From Thermoplasmata archaeon (GTDB lineage Archaea > Thermoplasmatota > Thermoplasmata > Thermoplasmatales > ARK-15), in assembly GCA_038729465.1 (NCBI GenBank), contig JAVYRZ010000003.1:40454-104453 (forward strand): a stretch of 64,000 nucleotides of DNA. The letters run 5' to 3'. Every line of letters starts with the position of its first letter. The stretch's first letter is position 1. Under the pieces are notes generated by a model. It was not told the origin of the DNA and did no database searches. It saw only the letters and a list, made by a program, of their open reading frames with translations. The translations under genes and the position numbers were made by a program. Below, in pieces: positions 1 to 12,227 of this stretch.

Positions 1-1227
1 CCTGTGAATCATCGCCTTGACAGATTCAGCGTGCATGGTAGAATAAGTAGTATGTCCGGTAGCCATCGCTTGAAACATTGTATATGTTTCTTTGCCTCGC
101 ACTTCTCCTACTATAATATAATTTGGTCTCTGCCTTAATGAAGCACGAACAAGATCATACATATCTATTTCTCCCGCTGATTTGCCTGCAAGACTGCGTT
201 CTCCAGTACCGCTTCTTGTGGTCCCTGGTATCCAGTTTTGATGTGGCAAGTTAATTTCTCTAGTGTCTTCTATACTCACTATTTTTGCAGAGGGAGGTAT
301 AAACATCGTGACAACATTCAGCGTGGAAGTTTTACCAGCTGCAGGACCTCCAACTATAATCATAGACTCTCCGATCTCTACACCCAACCATAAATATGCT
401 AATAAATCAGGTGAAGCTGTGCCAAATTTCAATAAGTCAGTAGGTGTAAAAGGTCTCTCTTTATATCTGCGAATTGTAAAAGTACCGCCACGGGTAGTGA
501 CCTCTCGACTGTATGTTGCTTGAACCCTGTGCCCTTCTATTGTAGTGCCATCTAATATAGGTTCAGAGACAGAAATTTGCTTACTGCAACGCTGCCCTAA
601 ATATACAATAAATGAATTCAATTCATTATCATCTTTAAACATTAATGAAGTTTTAATAGATCCGTATTTCTTGTGAAATATATATATCGGAACTTTGACC
701 CCATCACAAGATATATCTTCTATCTCTTCATCCATAATCAAGGGATCTATCTTCTGATAATTGATAAAGTTTCTAACTATATAATACATAAGCTTTTGCT
801 TGCTGAGAGCATCTATTTTTATGTCTCTCGACTCTAAAAACGTGGATACAGAATCTTTTAAATATCTCTCTTTGTCTTTTATGGAGGTAATAAACCATTC
901 GTATTTAATGGTCTTTTCAAGAGTTTCACTGACATCTTTCACTAATTTTGCAGTAGCGTCATTGAGAGGTGGTTCAATAGGTTCATAAATATATTCATAC
1001 TCTTTTTTGTTATATAATATTCTTGCAAAAGTAAATGGTCTTATGATAGGATATATTTCAATTATATCAAATACTTCTGGATCTACAGGCTGAATTGGTG
1101 TAATCACGCTACCTTCCTCTAAACTTCCTGCAGATTCTTTAACTCTTAATTTACTTTTGTTTATATTTCCGAATATCCGTGATCCAATGTTTTCGAAGAG
1201 ATTTTCTTTTTCGCTCGCTTTTTGCAT
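1..1227 (-). CDS. Type II/IV secretion-family ATPase of an archaeal type IV pilus/archaellum-like machine (ArlI/FlaI/PilB-like); C-terminal end runs off the left edge
   Basis: Absent from the ORF track because it is cut by the window edge. Minus-strand translation from ATG 1227 gives MQKASEKENLF...GESMIIVGGPAAGKTSTLNV (Walker A)...RQRPNYIIVGEVRGKETYTMFQAMATGHTTYSTMHAESVKAMIHR (Walker B and His box). This is the motif series of FlaI/VirB11/GspE ATPases. Confidence 0.85.
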   Translation of the reverse strand, partial: MQKASEKENLFENIGSRIFGNINKSKLRVKESAGSLEEGSVITPIQPVDPEVFDIIEIYPIIRPFTFARILYNKKEYEYIYEPIEPPLNDATAKLVKDVSETLEKTIKYEWFITSIKDKERYLKDSVSTFLESRDIKIDALSKQKLMYYIVRNFINYQKIDPLIMDEEIEDISCDGVKVPIYIFHKKYGSIKTSLMFKDDNELNSFIVYLGQRCSKQISVSEPILDGTTIEGHRVQATYSREVTTRGGTFTIRRYKERPFTPTDLLKFGTASPDLLAYLWLGVEIGESMIIVGGPAAGKTSTLNVVTMFIPPSAKIVSIEDTREINLPHQNWIPGTTRSGTGERSLAGKSAGEIDMYDLVRASLRQRPNYIIVGEVRGKETYTMFQAMATGHTTYSTMHAESVKAMIHR

Positions 1228-1248
1228 ATAGATTATGTCCCCCCTAAC

Positions 1249-2121
1249 TTATTGAGTAATTGTAACATACAAATAAACGTTTAACACTGTAACCGATACT
1301 ACATTTGTAAATTCTAACTTGTTTGAATTTAAGGTATTTGTATTAACCTGATTGCTACTAGCGATACTTTTATAGTATTGTAACATTGCAGCATTAAAAG
1401 TAGTGTTGAAAGTAACATTTAAATCTTGGTTTGACAAAGAATATACATTTTTCTGGGTTCCGAAGAGTGTGATCTCTATACCCCTCGTATCTGTGCCAGT
1501 CACGACATTTGAAACACCATAAATATGCTGCATTACAAAGCTCAAATGCACACCACCATTACTATTTGTCGCACTGAAATCACTGCCAACCAAAATCACA
1601 GATGCATTGTTCTGAGCGAGATTGGTGCGCACTAATGCACCGTTAAAGTAAATAAATGACTCAGGAACATAGTATCTGTTTGGTGCTATAAATTCAATAG
1701 AGCCACCGGCATATAGATTGACAACTCCTATATTTGAGTAGTAGAAAGAAATGTTCATAAACTGAGTTGAAAGATTTTGAGCATAAGGATTTATTTCAAG
1801 TTCTCCCACAGTCTGCTGTGCAAAAAGCGGAATACCAGGAGCTCCCATGGTAACTGGAGCATAGGTAGAGTAATTTAGGTCGTTTGTAATCGTAAGCATG
1901 TCTACTTCAGTTCTGATCTGCGAGAATTGACTAAGTACTTGCATATCATGCTGTTCTTCATTGGTTTTCATATACACAGGTACATACTGTGTAACAAATG
2001 TAGATAAAAGTGTTATAAATAATAATAATGAAAACAGCGTACCTACAACCGATGCAATACCCTCTTCTTTATCATATACAATCTTCATTAATAAATCATC
2101 TGCCTCATCTTTGTACAGCAA
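1249..2121 (-). CDS. Pilin-like secreted protein with a class III signal-peptide-like N-terminus and a beta-rich, N-glycosylation-sequon-rich body
   Basis: N-terminus ...MKIVYDKEEG/IASVVGTLFSLLLFITLLSTFV resembles the archaeal pilin N-terminal domain (G then [AIS]-S-x-V-[IV]-G plus a hydrophobic helix). Six N-x-S/T sequons are present (NYS, NLS, NIS, NAS, NVT, NTT). It lies 21 nt upstream of the pilus ATPase on the same strand. The true start may be the internal ATG at 2088. Confidence 0.5.
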   Translation of the reverse strand: MLYKDEADDLLMKIVYDKEEGIASVVGTLFSLLLFITLLSTFVTQYVPVYMKTNEEQHDMQVLSQFSQIRTEVDMLTITNDLNYSTYAPVTMGAPGIPLFAQQTVGELEINPYAQNLSTQFMNISFYYSNIGVVNLYAGGSIEFIAPNRYYVPESFIYFNGALVRTNLAQNNASVILVGSDFSATNSNGGVHLSFVMQHIYGVSNVVTGTDTRGIEITLFGTQKNVYSLSNQDLNVTFNTTFNAAMLQYYKSIASSNQVNTNTLNSNKLEFTNVVSVTVLNVYLYVTITQ

Positions 2122-2244
2122 TAAATATAGCTAATCTCTATATAAACTTTATTGAGCAAGATACTTATTTTTGTCAGATTGTTTATATTCATTATTTGAG
2201 AAACTTCTCGATTTTGTATAGGTCAAGGATTATATTAAATTTCT

Positions 2245-4827
2245 TCAATCTTCTATATAAATTATGCCTTTTGAAAACTCAATCGTTGCTACAGCTTTCC
2301 CAAGGTATGTTTTCTTTGCAGTCACTGAAATATCAGAGACTGAAATTAAATGATCATAAAACATATATCCATTCTTAATCTTTTGATAATATAATGCAGG
2401 ATCAGAATTTATTAAAGATACAAATTCTTGAGTGCGATCTTTCAAGATGGGTCCCAACAATTTAAGATTTGGCAAAATCTGTGTGATCTCCTCTTTTAAA
2501 TCTGCATTTTTCACCATGTCTAAATTTTTAATGTGCAAAGTTTCTCTTAATACATGGATAATATCTGGGTGGAGAGGTTCAGATATTATATGCACAGATT
2601 CTATGGACTTGGATAACGGATATCCATTGTCGCTTTTCCAGTGCCTCAGTTTTGATACTAGTTCTTTGGCAAGCTCTCCATCTTCTCGCGCATTGAGATC
2701 TTCAAACACAGGGTCAGGCCACCTGCTTTTGTGAATAGATTCCTTATTTTCAAATTCTCTGTATAATTCTTGATATATCTCTTCTGTAACATGCGGTAAA
2801 ATTGGAGCAAGCATTTTTAAAGTACCTAAAAACACGTTGTAAATGGTGTCTTGTGTATTTTTATCATTTCTGATCCTGAATTTTATCATTTCTATATACT
2901 GATCAGCAAGTTCATGCCATAAAAAATTCTCTAATATTCTGATAGCTTTGTCATAACGATACTGATCCATGAATTCTGTAACGCTCTTTACTAAACTGCT
3001 GTACTTATCTATGATCCAGTTGTTAATCAAATCGGATTTTGTAACTGGTGACGGATCTGAGACATTCAGTTTTACAAAGTTGGCAATATTGAATAATTTT
3101 AAAATGAGCCTATTTCCATGCGTTATCTCTTTAAGCCTGAATGGAGTATCTTCACCTAGAGTACATTGAGCAGTAAAATACCTGAACGTGTCTGCTCCGC
3201 TTTCTTTAATTATTTCCAATGGATTTACTACATTACCCCAAGAAGTATGCATAGGTCTGCCGTCAGGAGCTAGAATATGACCATCTATGAAAATATCAGA
3301 CCATGGCTCTTTTCCGGTCAAAATTTTGCATCTATATAAGCTGTAAAAAGCCCAGGTTCTTATAATGTCATGTGCCTGTGGTCTGAGGCTCATCGGATAC
3401 ATATAATCGAAATTTTGAGATCTGAACCATTCTGTATTGTAGAGTGGGGATATCGACGAATCCATCCAAGTATCAAAAACGTCTTCCACGCCTTTTAAAG
3501 GCGCATTGCATATCGGGCAATTTTCAACAGTGTATGGTTCTACGGTCGGATCAATATTAGACTCTCTCTTTTTCAATTCTTCAATATCAGGGAAGAAATA
3601 GTGCCCGTTTTCACATTCCCATGCTGGTATCGGTGTTGCAAAATACCTATGCCTGGAAATGACCCAGTCCCAGTCTAGGCTATTGATCCACTCTATCAGG
3701 CGTACTTTCATAAAGTTAGGGTACCAGTTCAGTTTCTCTACGCTTTCAAGCATCTCTTTTTTGAAACTGAGAGTTTTTAAGAACCACTGTTTTTTTTGTA
3801 TGATCTCTATCGCAGTGCCACATCTCCAGCAAGTGCCAACAGTCTGTTTTATATTCTCCTGTTTTAGTATTAACCCTTGTTTTGATAGATCTGATATAAT
3901 CTGAGCTCGAGCCTGTTCTATAGTCAATCCTTTATATCCAGAAAGTTCATTCATTATGCCTCGATCATCAAAAACCTCAATTAATTCAATCTTATATTTT
4001 CTCACAAATTCCAGATCTGATTTGTCTCCAATAGTGCAGATCATCATTGCCCCAGTGCCAAACTTTGGGTCTACAGAAGAATCTGCCACCACCGGAACTT
4101 TCTTATTATACAGGGGAGTAACAACATTTTTTCCTATAATGTCTTTATATCTTCCATCCTCAGGATTTACGGCAATAAGTACGCATGCAGATATGAGCTC
4201 AGGTCTAGTCGTGGCAATCAACAGGTCACGATCATCAATCTTGAATTTTATATAATTTAATTTTGAATCTCTCTCAAAATAGTCTATTTCTGACTCAGCA
4301 ATGGCAGTATTGCATCTGGGGCACCATGTTATAGGATACTCTTTTCTATAGACCAGATCTTTTTGAGCCATCTCTAAAAATGTAAGCTGGGTAATCTTGC
4401 GATAGTAAGGCGCGTCAGTCTGATAATAAATGCTAGAATCCATCGATTCTCCTAATATTTCAAACTGCTCTATCATAGAGTCAATCATTGAATTTGCAAA
4501 GTTTTCACATAATTTTATAAATTCATGGCGGTCTGTTTCTGTCATCTTAATATTATATTTTTTTTCTACATTTACTTCTATCGGCATACCGTTTACATCA
4601 AAACATAATGGAAAAAATACATTAAACCCTCTCATTCTTTTGTATCTTGCAATAAAGTCTATGTGTGTATAATGCACTGCGTGGCCTATATGCAGCGAGC
4701 CGCTTGCATATCTGGGTGGAGTATCTATACTGTAAACATTCTTGTCTGTTCTGTCAAATTGATAAATATTATGCTCTTTCCAGTATTTTTGCCACTTCTT
4801 CTCGATAATGTGCAGATCAGTATTCAT
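2245..4827 (-). CDS. valS: Valyl-tRNA synthetase (class Ia)
   Basis: 860 aa. It has IDTPPRYASGSLHIGHA (HIGH), ARYKRMRGFNVFFP, the CP1 editing signature GTGAMMICTIGDKSD, CxxC knuckles and a helical anticodon-binding C-terminus. The KMSKS position reads PMHTS (see findings). Confidence 0.8.
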   Translation of the reverse strand: MNTDLHIIEKKWQKYWKEHNIYQFDRTDKNVYSIDTPPRYASGSLHIGHAVHYTHIDFIARYKRMRGFNVFFPLCFDVNGMPIEVNVEKKYNIKMTETDRHEFIKLCENFANSMIDSMIEQFEILGESMDSSIYYQTDAPYYRKITQLTFLEMAQKDLVYRKEYPITWCPRCNTAIAESEIDYFERDSKLNYIKFKIDDRDLLIATTRPELISACVLIAVNPEDGRYKDIIGKNVVTPLYNKKVPVVADSSVDPKFGTGAMMICTIGDKSDLEFVRKYKIELIEVFDDRGIMNELSGYKGLTIEQARAQIISDLSKQGLILKQENIKQTVGTCWRCGTAIEIIQKKQWFLKTLSFKKEMLESVEKLNWYPNFMKVRLIEWINSLDWDWVISRHRYFATPIPAWECENGHYFFPDIEELKKRESNIDPTVEPYTVENCPICNAPLKGVEDVFDTWMDSSISPLYNTEWFRSQNFDYMYPMSLRPQAHDIIRTWAFYSLYRCKILTGKEPWSDIFIDGHILAPDGRPMHTSWGNVVNPLEIIKESGADTFRYFTAQCTLGEDTPFRLKEITHGNRLILKLFNIANFVKLNVSDPSPVTKSDLINNWIIDKYSSLVKSVTEFMDQYRYDKAIRILENFLWHELADQYIEMIKFRIRNDKNTQDTIYNVFLGTLKMLAPILPHVTEEIYQELYREFENKESIHKSRWPDPVFEDLNAREDGELAKELVSKLRHWKSDNGYPLSKSIESVHIISEPLHPDIIHVLRETLHIKNLDMVKNADLKEEITQILPNLKLLGPILKDRTQEFVSLINSDPALYYQKIKNGYMFYDHLISVSDISVTAKKTYLGKAVATIEFSKGIIYIED

Positions 4828-4883
4828 AAATCTGGATAATGCACATAATTTAAAAACTTTTTTATTACGGTAATTAAAAAAGC

Positions 4884-5198
4884 TTACGATTTAAGTTCGA
4901 TCTCTATATGTATTCCATCCGGGATCTGAATTCTCATTAACTGCCTCAATGCTCGCTCATCTGCATCGATGTCCATCATTCTCTTGTGAATCCTCATTTC
5001 CCAGCGTTCCCAAGTTGCAGAACCTTCACCATCAGGAGATTTTCTAACAGGCACAGCCATTCTCTTTGTGGGCAGAGGTATAGGTCCAAAAAACTCAACA
5101 CCAGTCCTCTGTGCAATTAATTTAATCTGTTCACATACATCTTCTACTTTTTTATATTCTGTTCCAGACAAAAGAATTCTTGCTTTATATAAAACCAT
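4884..5198 (-). CDS. rps10: 30S ribosomal protein S10 (uS10)
   Basis: 104 aa; [33 protein letters not shown] is a typical uS10 core. It is the last gene of the str cluster. Confidence 0.95.
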   Translation of the reverse strand: MVLYKARILLSGTEYKKVEDVCEQIKLIAQRTGVEFFGPIPLPTKRMAVPVRKSPDGEGSATWERWEMRIHKRMMDIDADERALRQLMRIQIPDGIHIEIELKS

Positions 5199-5230
5199 CT
5201 AAATCACCAAAAAAATTAAAAAAAAAGTTT

Positions 5231-6505
5231 TTATAACTCTTTTTTAACAAAATCCAAACAGAGTCCTGCAGCAATGGTCATACCCATATCCCTGATTGCA
5301 AATCTTCCAAGCTGCGGGAATTCAGAAGATTTTTCAATAACCATAGGTCTCGTTGGTGTGACTTTTACTATTGCAACATCTCCTGCTTTTATAGTATCTG
5401 GATGCTCTGCCTTAGCAGCACCAGTTCTTGGATCTAAAGTCTTTACTAACTCGGAAATTACACAAGCTACCTGTGCAGTATGCGCATGAAATACTGGTGT
5501 ATATCCTGCTGCTATAACGCTAGGATGTGTCAATACAACAATCTGCGCAGTAAACTCAGACACCACAGTTGGTGGATGATCTGTCTTTCCGGCAACATCT
5601 CCTCTTCTGATATCTTTTGAGGCTATGTTTTTTACATTGAATCCTATATTATCTCCAGGCTCAGCTTTCTGCATTGGTTGATGATGCATTTCAATACTCT
5701 TGACTTCTCCTACTTTGTTGGATGGTAAGAATATTAAGGTATCATTCACTTTCAATACTCCTGTTTCTACCCTACCAACAGGTACAGTTCCATGACCAGT
5801 TATAGAATAAACATCCTGTATAGGTATTCTTAAGGGTTTATCTATAGGCTTTTCAGGAGGTTTCAAAGCATCAAAAGCATCTACTAAAGTAGGTCCTTTC
5901 CACCATGTTATTTTGTCAGAGTGCTTCACTACATTATCTCCATAAAAACCACTGATAGGCAAGAATGGTATATCTTTGTATCCTACTGATTTTAATAATT
6001 TTTCAAGCTCTCCTTTTACCTCATTGAATCTTGCTTCACTGTATGGTGGGGTTGTTGCATCTATCTTGTTTATTGCCACAATTAAATTAGGCACACCAAG
6101 TGCACGAGCCAAAAATATGTGCTCTTTAGTCTGTTCCTGCACTCCTTCTTTGGCAGAAACGATCAATACTGCAGCATCTGCCTGAGAAGTACCTGTAATC
6201 ATGTTCTTTACGAAGTCTCTATGCCCCGGTGCATCTATGATCGTAATGTAATAGTTCTTAGACTCAAATTCTCGATGAGCTACATCTATAGTAACTCCTC
6301 TCTCTCGTTCTTCTTTGAGCCTGTCCATTACCCAGGCAAACTCAAATGTAGCTTTTCCTTTTTCTTCAGCTTCTTTTCTATATTGTTCAATAATCCTGCT
6401 GTCAATTGCTCCCGAATCTAATAGTAATCTTCCAACAGTTGTAGATTTTCCGTGATCTACATGTCCGATGAATACTATATTTAAATGTGTCTTGTTTGAT
6501 ACCAT
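5231..6505 (-). CDS. tuf: Translation elongation factor EF-1 alpha
   Basis: 424 aa; [17 protein letters not shown] and NKID GTPase motifs, with full-length aEF1A-like sequence. Confidence 0.97.
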   Translation of the reverse strand: MVSNKTHLNIVFIGHVDHGKSTTVGRLLLDSGAIDSRIIEQYRKEAEEKGKATFEFAWVMDRLKEERERGVTIDVAHREFESKNYYITIIDAPGHRDFVKNMITGTSQADAAVLIVSAKEGVQEQTKEHIFLARALGVPNLIVAINKIDATTPPYSEARFNEVKGELEKLLKSVGYKDIPFLPISGFYGDNVVKHSDKITWWKGPTLVDAFDALKPPEKPIDKPLRIPIQDVYSITGHGTVPVGRVETGVLKVNDTLIFLPSNKVGEVKSIEMHHQPMQKAEPGDNIGFNVKNIASKDIRRGDVAGKTDHPPTVVSEFTAQIVVLTHPSVIAAGYTPVFHAHTAQVACVISELVKTLDPRTGAAKAEHPDTIKAGDVAIVKVTPTRPMVIEKSSEFPQLGRFAIRDMGMTIAAGLCLDFVKKEL

Positions 6506-6588
6506 TTTTTTCCCTCCAAGGGTTTTATTTTTTATTTATTTTTTAATTTATTAATTTACCAATATACAGTCGTTATATATATTCTTTT

Positions 6589-8802
6589 TTACAGCCCTGC
6601 ATAATATGCTTCGTCATAAGGCTCGGGCTTTAGCCCTTTTCTCTCTCTGATCTTCCTTACAACCTCATTCATCAGTTCTCTGGGTACTTTTTCATAGCCG
6701 AAATTCTCTGTGGACCATAAAACTCTGCCACTCGTAGCTGATCTTATAGCCGAGGCAAATCCGAACATGTCTGCAACTGGTACTTTCGCTACTACCGACG
6801 TTTCATAATCCAGCTGCTGAATATCCAAAATTACACCTCTTCTCTGCTGTAATTCTCTAGTCACATTGCCGATCACTTCTGTGGGCGCATTGATAAATAC
6901 CTTTTGAATAGGTTCTAACAGTACTCTTTCTCCCTGTACAATGGCTCCGTAAATTGCATTTCTTATTGCTGGTATTACCTGCGCAGGACCTCTATGTATA
7001 CTGTCTTCATGTAACTTTGCATCCACTAACTTTAATTTGACACCATATAGTTTCTCGTTTGCCAACGGTCCTTTGACAACAGATTCAAGATATGACTGCT
7101 TGATCAGCTCCATTGTTTCATTTAAGTACTGAATACCCCAGGTCATGTCCAGTAATACCGTTGACTCTTTTATAGCTTCTATTCTTTTTGACTCTTCTTT
7201 GTCAAAGCCAAGGTCCTCGAATTTTTTGGCTAGAGCTTTTTTGTCTTTGAATCTATCTCCCTGCGGTAAATCTCCTTCAATCAATGCTTCTGTGATCTTT
7301 TCTTCTAAAGGTTCTGCAGTGATGTAAAACTTGTTGTGCTTGTTTGGAGACTTTCCCTCAAATGGTCCTCCTTTATGAGCTAAACTCTCTCTGTAAACTA
7401 CAATCGGTTCTGATGTGTTTACCTCTACTTTGTAATCATTAATAATACGATAAAGCGTAATTTCTAAATGCAATTCACCCATACCTGATATCAGATGCTC
7501 TCCAGTCTCCTGATTTATTTCGATCTGTATTGAAGGATCTGCTTTACCAACCATTCTTAATACTTCTATCAATTTTGGAAGATCTTTAGTATGCTTTGCC
7601 TCAATTGCAATAGTAACTACTGGTTCAGAATAATGTTTCATTGCTTCAAAAGGTTCTAAATCACTCACTGAACTAACTGTAGAACCAGCAATGGCATCTT
7701 TCAATCCTATCAATGCTACAATATTTCCAGCAGTGATTTCTTCGATTGGTATACGATCTGCACCTACCATCAGTGATAATTGCTGAATTCTATACTGTTT
7801 ACTGCCTAAACCACTTATATATAGTTCGTCACCTTTCTTTACAGTGCCAGAGAATACTCGGGCAACTGCAATCTCTCCCGCATGCAAATCTATTATTATT
7901 TTTGTGATCATCAATACGGCTGGCCCTTTCGAATTTGCACTTAACATGCTTTTAGCCACATCCGAGTTCAGATCGCCTTTCCAGATCTGCGGAATTCTGT
8001 ATTTTTGAGCTTCTAAGGGTGTTGGCAAATGATAAATTACCATATCCAAAACTACCTTGTGCAGTGGCGATTTTTTAGCCAATGCATCCTGCTCTCCTTT
8101 CTGTACATAGTCATATATATCCTTGAAACTGATATTCGATTTTTTCATGTAAGGAATGCTTATTGCCCAATTGTTAAATGCAGATCCGAAAGCTACAGTT
8201 CCCTCTTCCACTTTTAATGTCCACACATTTTTAAACTCTGGCGGACAGTACATCTTTATTAACCTGTTTACATCCGTAATAATCTTTGCGAATCTTTTTT
8301 GCATGTCTTCCGGTCCTAGCTTTAGTTCATTGATCAATCGATCTACTTTGTTTATAAATAAAACAGGTTTTACTTTTTCTCTCAATGCCTGACGCAAAAC
8401 TGTTTCAGTTTGCGGCATAACACCTTCTACAGAGTCAACAACCAAAATTGCGCCGTCTAAAGCTCTTAATGCTCTCGTTACATCTCCACCAAAATCTACG
8501 TGACCAGGTGTATCTATGAGATTTATCAAATACTCTTTACCTTCAAAATCATGGACCATTGATGCTGCAGCTGCATTAATGGTTATACCTCTTGCCTGCT
8601 CTTGCTCATCATAATCTAATACTAGCTGTTTCCCAGCAAGCTCTTCACTCATCATTCCTGCTCCGGCTATAAGATTATCACTGAGCGTGGTCTTTCCATG
8701 GTCTATGTGCGCTATTGTGCCTATGTTTCTTATCCTGTCAAGACTATTAATAATAGTCATTGCTTTCTTAATATTCTCTTCTTTACGTCCCAATATAATC
8801 AC
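6589..8802 (-). CDS. fusA: Translation elongation factor EF-2
   Basis: 737 aa; AHIDHGKTT, DTPGHVDF, NKVDR, and the diphthamide-region motif HEDSIHRGPAQ. Confidence 0.97.
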   Translation of the reverse strand: MIILGRKEENIKKAMTIINSLDRIRNIGTIAHIDHGKTTLSDNLIAGAGMMSEELAGKQLVLDYDEQEQARGITINAAAASMVHDFEGKEYLINLIDTPGHVDFGGDVTRALRALDGAILVVDSVEGVMPQTETVLRQALREKVKPVLFINKVDRLINELKLGPEDMQKRFAKIITDVNRLIKMYCPPEFKNVWTLKVEEGTVAFGSAFNNWAISIPYMKKSNISFKDIYDYVQKGEQDALAKKSPLHKVVLDMVIYHLPTPLEAQKYRIPQIWKGDLNSDVAKSMLSANSKGPAVLMITKIIIDLHAGEIAVARVFSGTVKKGDELYISGLGSKQYRIQQLSLMVGADRIPIEEITAGNIVALIGLKDAIAGSTVSSVSDLEPFEAMKHYSEPVVTIAIEAKHTKDLPKLIEVLRMVGKADPSIQIEINQETGEHLISGMGELHLEITLYRIINDYKVEVNTSEPIVVYRESLAHKGGPFEGKSPNKHNKFYITAEPLEEKITEALIEGDLPQGDRFKDKKALAKKFEDLGFDKEESKRIEAIKESTVLLDMTWGIQYLNETMELIKQSYLESVVKGPLANEKLYGVKLKLVDAKLHEDSIHRGPAQVIPAIRNAIYGAIVQGERVLLEPIQKVFINAPTEVIGNVTRELQQRRGVILDIQQLDYETSVVAKVPVADMFGFASAIRSATSGRVLWSTENFGYEKVPRELMNEVVRKIRERKGLKPEPYDEAYYAGL

Positions 8803-8817
8803 CTTTCTTAAAAAAAT

Positions 8818-9393
8818 TTATCGTGCTGATGCGGCTACTCTCTCAATTTCCTCTTTTTTATTTATAGCAAAACTGCCCATTTCACGATTTGAAGCTTTCA
8901 AGATCTCGTCTGCTAAACAGTTTTCAATGCTTTTTGCATTTTTGAAAGAAGCATTAGTAGCGCCTATGGCTATGTTTCTTATGGCAAGATCCAATCTTCT
9001 GGAAGGGGATACATCCACAGCTTTAGGAATCGCGGCTCCGCCCATCTTAAGTCTCGTGATCTCTTCTCTCGGTGCTGAGTTTTGCAAAGCATCAATATAT
9101 ATCTGCAATGGATTCTTTTTTGTTTTTTCATGAATAATATCAAAAGCAGTTTTTACAACTCTGTACGCGCTCATCTTCTTACCGTTATATTTACCAGTTC
9201 TCATCATATCGTTTATCAGCCTCTCTACAATGTTCATGTCTTTCTTTCCTAAATGCTTTCTACCATACACTCCATGCGAATGCAGCACAAGCATGGGCCT
9301 GAGGCTGATATACTTTATTAAGCCTGGATCTGTAACAATAACATCTGAAGTGCTGTATTTTCCAAATATTAAAAATTCTATCATCAAGATCAC
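8818..9393 (-). CDS. rps7: 30S ribosomal protein S7 (uS7)
   Basis: 191 aa; the pattern FGKYS...[12 protein letters not shown]...GRKH...AFDII matches archaeal uS7. It has an ATGA overlap with rps12. Confidence 0.93.
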   Translation of the reverse strand: MILMIEFLIFGKYSTSDVIVTDPGLIKYISLRPMLVLHSHGVYGRKHLGKKDMNIVERLINDMMRTGKYNGKKMSAYRVVKTAFDIIHEKTKKNPLQIYIDALQNSAPREEITRLKMGGAAIPKAVDVSPSRRLDLAIRNIAIGATNASFKNAKSIENCLADEILKASNREMGSFAINKKEEIERVAASAR

Positions 9394-9827
9394 CTTACAG
9401 GTTTCTCCTTTCTGCCTTTAACAAGCTCTAGCAGTGATATACCATTTACTTTAGAAACTTTAAATCTGACGCCCGGGATATCTCCTTTAGATCTGCCTAA
9501 TCTGCCACCTATCCCTTCAATTACCACTTCATCATGCTCATCAATATAGTTTATTGCACCATCTCCTGGTGTAAAAGCGGTAACAATACGGCCATTTTTG
9601 ATAAGCTGTACCTTTACAGCTTTTCTTATGGCTGAGTTAGGCTGCTTTGCCTCTATTCCAATCTTTTCGACGACAATAGCTTTCGCCTGCGGAGATCCTT
9701 CTAACGGATCACTTTTCTCTTTCAATCTGAGAACTCTTTTTTTGTAATATCTATTACTCCATTTTAGAGATTGACGACTTTTTTTCAATTTTCTGGCTGT
9801 ATTATATCCATTGGCCAATAACATCAC
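9390..9827 (-). CDS. rps12: 30S ribosomal protein S12 (uS12)
   Basis: 145 aa; [45 protein letters not shown]...[10 protein letters not shown]. Confidence 0.96.
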   Translation of the reverse strand: MMLLANGYNTARKLKKSRQSLKWSNRYYKKRVLRLKEKSDPLEGSPQAKAIVVEKIGIEAKQPNSAIRKAVKVQLIKNGRIVTAFTPGDGAINYIDEHDEVVIEGIGGRLGRSKGDIPGVRFKVSKVNGISLLELVKGRKEKPVR

Positions 9828-10082
9828 CTTTCTATTAAAGTAGTTGAGCCTAATTAGATACTAATATAAATACATTTTCTTATCCGGATGCGGTCAATCT
9901 TTCGTTGATAATTTAAAATTCATAAGTTGCCTGATAAATTATTTAAATAGGAAAACACAAGGATCTGACACGATTTTTGCACAAGGTAAAAGACCAAATA
10001 AGAGATAAACCAGCCAAAAGATATGTAACAGATAAGATCAATCAAATTGATGAAGATACTTATCAAGTTCTTAGATTTACAC

Positions 10083-11518
<1,436 letters not shown>

Positions 11519-11525
11519 AATAAAC

Positions 11526-12038
11526 TCACTTTAGTTTTTCTATATTATGACCTTTTAGAACAAGTTTATTTGATCTCTGGATAACACCTTTTAAAAAGTT
11601 AGGCGATATTTTTAAGCTATCTGTTACAGACCCAATATACAATGTAGATTTTTCATCCATTAAATCAATCACTTTTTTCTCATATTTTTCTATTTCCTTA
11701 TCAGAAATATTTGCTACGTACAAAACGTCGGCAAGATCGTTAATAGCAAGGGTTAATGTAATCTGCACATGGTTATAATAACATTTATAACTTTTTACTG
11801 GACCCTGTGGAGTGTTTACCCACTGTACCTCTGCAATTTTGATCTTTTCTAAAAATAATACTGCATCCTTTCCTTCTTCACCATACTTTTTCTCAATCTC
11901 TTCTATGGTTCTCCAGTCTGTAGAAAGCTCTTGAAATACCTCTTTTTTTATGTAAGTATTCGCAAGATTCAATATAGATACTAGATCTGAAGGATCATCT
12001 ATTACTTTTATCCTGTTCATAACTAACTGTATTGTCAA
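11526..12038 (-). CDS. Hypothetical cytoplasmic protein
   Basis: 170-aa ORF and first gene of the minus-strand triplet 12038-10083. No motif recognised. Confidence 0.4.
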   Translation of the reverse strand: MTIQLVMNRIKVIDDPSDLVSILNLANTYIKKEVFQELSTDWRTIEEIEKKYGEEGKDAVLFLEKIKIAEVQWVNTPQGPVKSYKCYYNHVQITLTLAINDLADVLYVANISDKEIEKYEKKVIDLMDEKSTLYIGSVTDSLKISPNFLKGVIQRSNKLVLKGHNIEKLK

Positions 12039-12227
12039 TCATTGATATATATTTTTATCTTTTATCGCTGAAATCATGAATAAAATTACGCGCTATACTA
12101 TCTGATTTGCAGATAAAAATTGGAGATATCTATGGCTATAGTATAAAGTACAGAAATTTGAGTAGATCATAATATTGAAATTGCTTACAAAAACATAATA
12201 TATTATTTTAAATTATACTTTTTTGTA

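Noticed and set aside
263-988. Two plus-strand track ORFs (263-523 and 800-988)
   Set aside because: Both lie antisense to the window-truncated ArlI/PilB-family ATPase, whose Walker and His-box motifs are unambiguous on the minus strand.
2028-2378. 116-aa plus-strand ORF bridging the pilin-like gene start and the valS 3' end
   Set aside because: It overlaps two better-supported minus-strand genes and the intergenic promoter region. Its sequence is low-complexity and carries no motifs.
9950-10082. Open frame in the rps12-trm56 spacer (...RDKPAKRYVTDKINQIDEDTYQVLRF...)
   Set aside because: It has no start codon and runs into the 3' end of the convergent-strand trm56 gene. It was treated as spacer or promoter region for the S12 operon.
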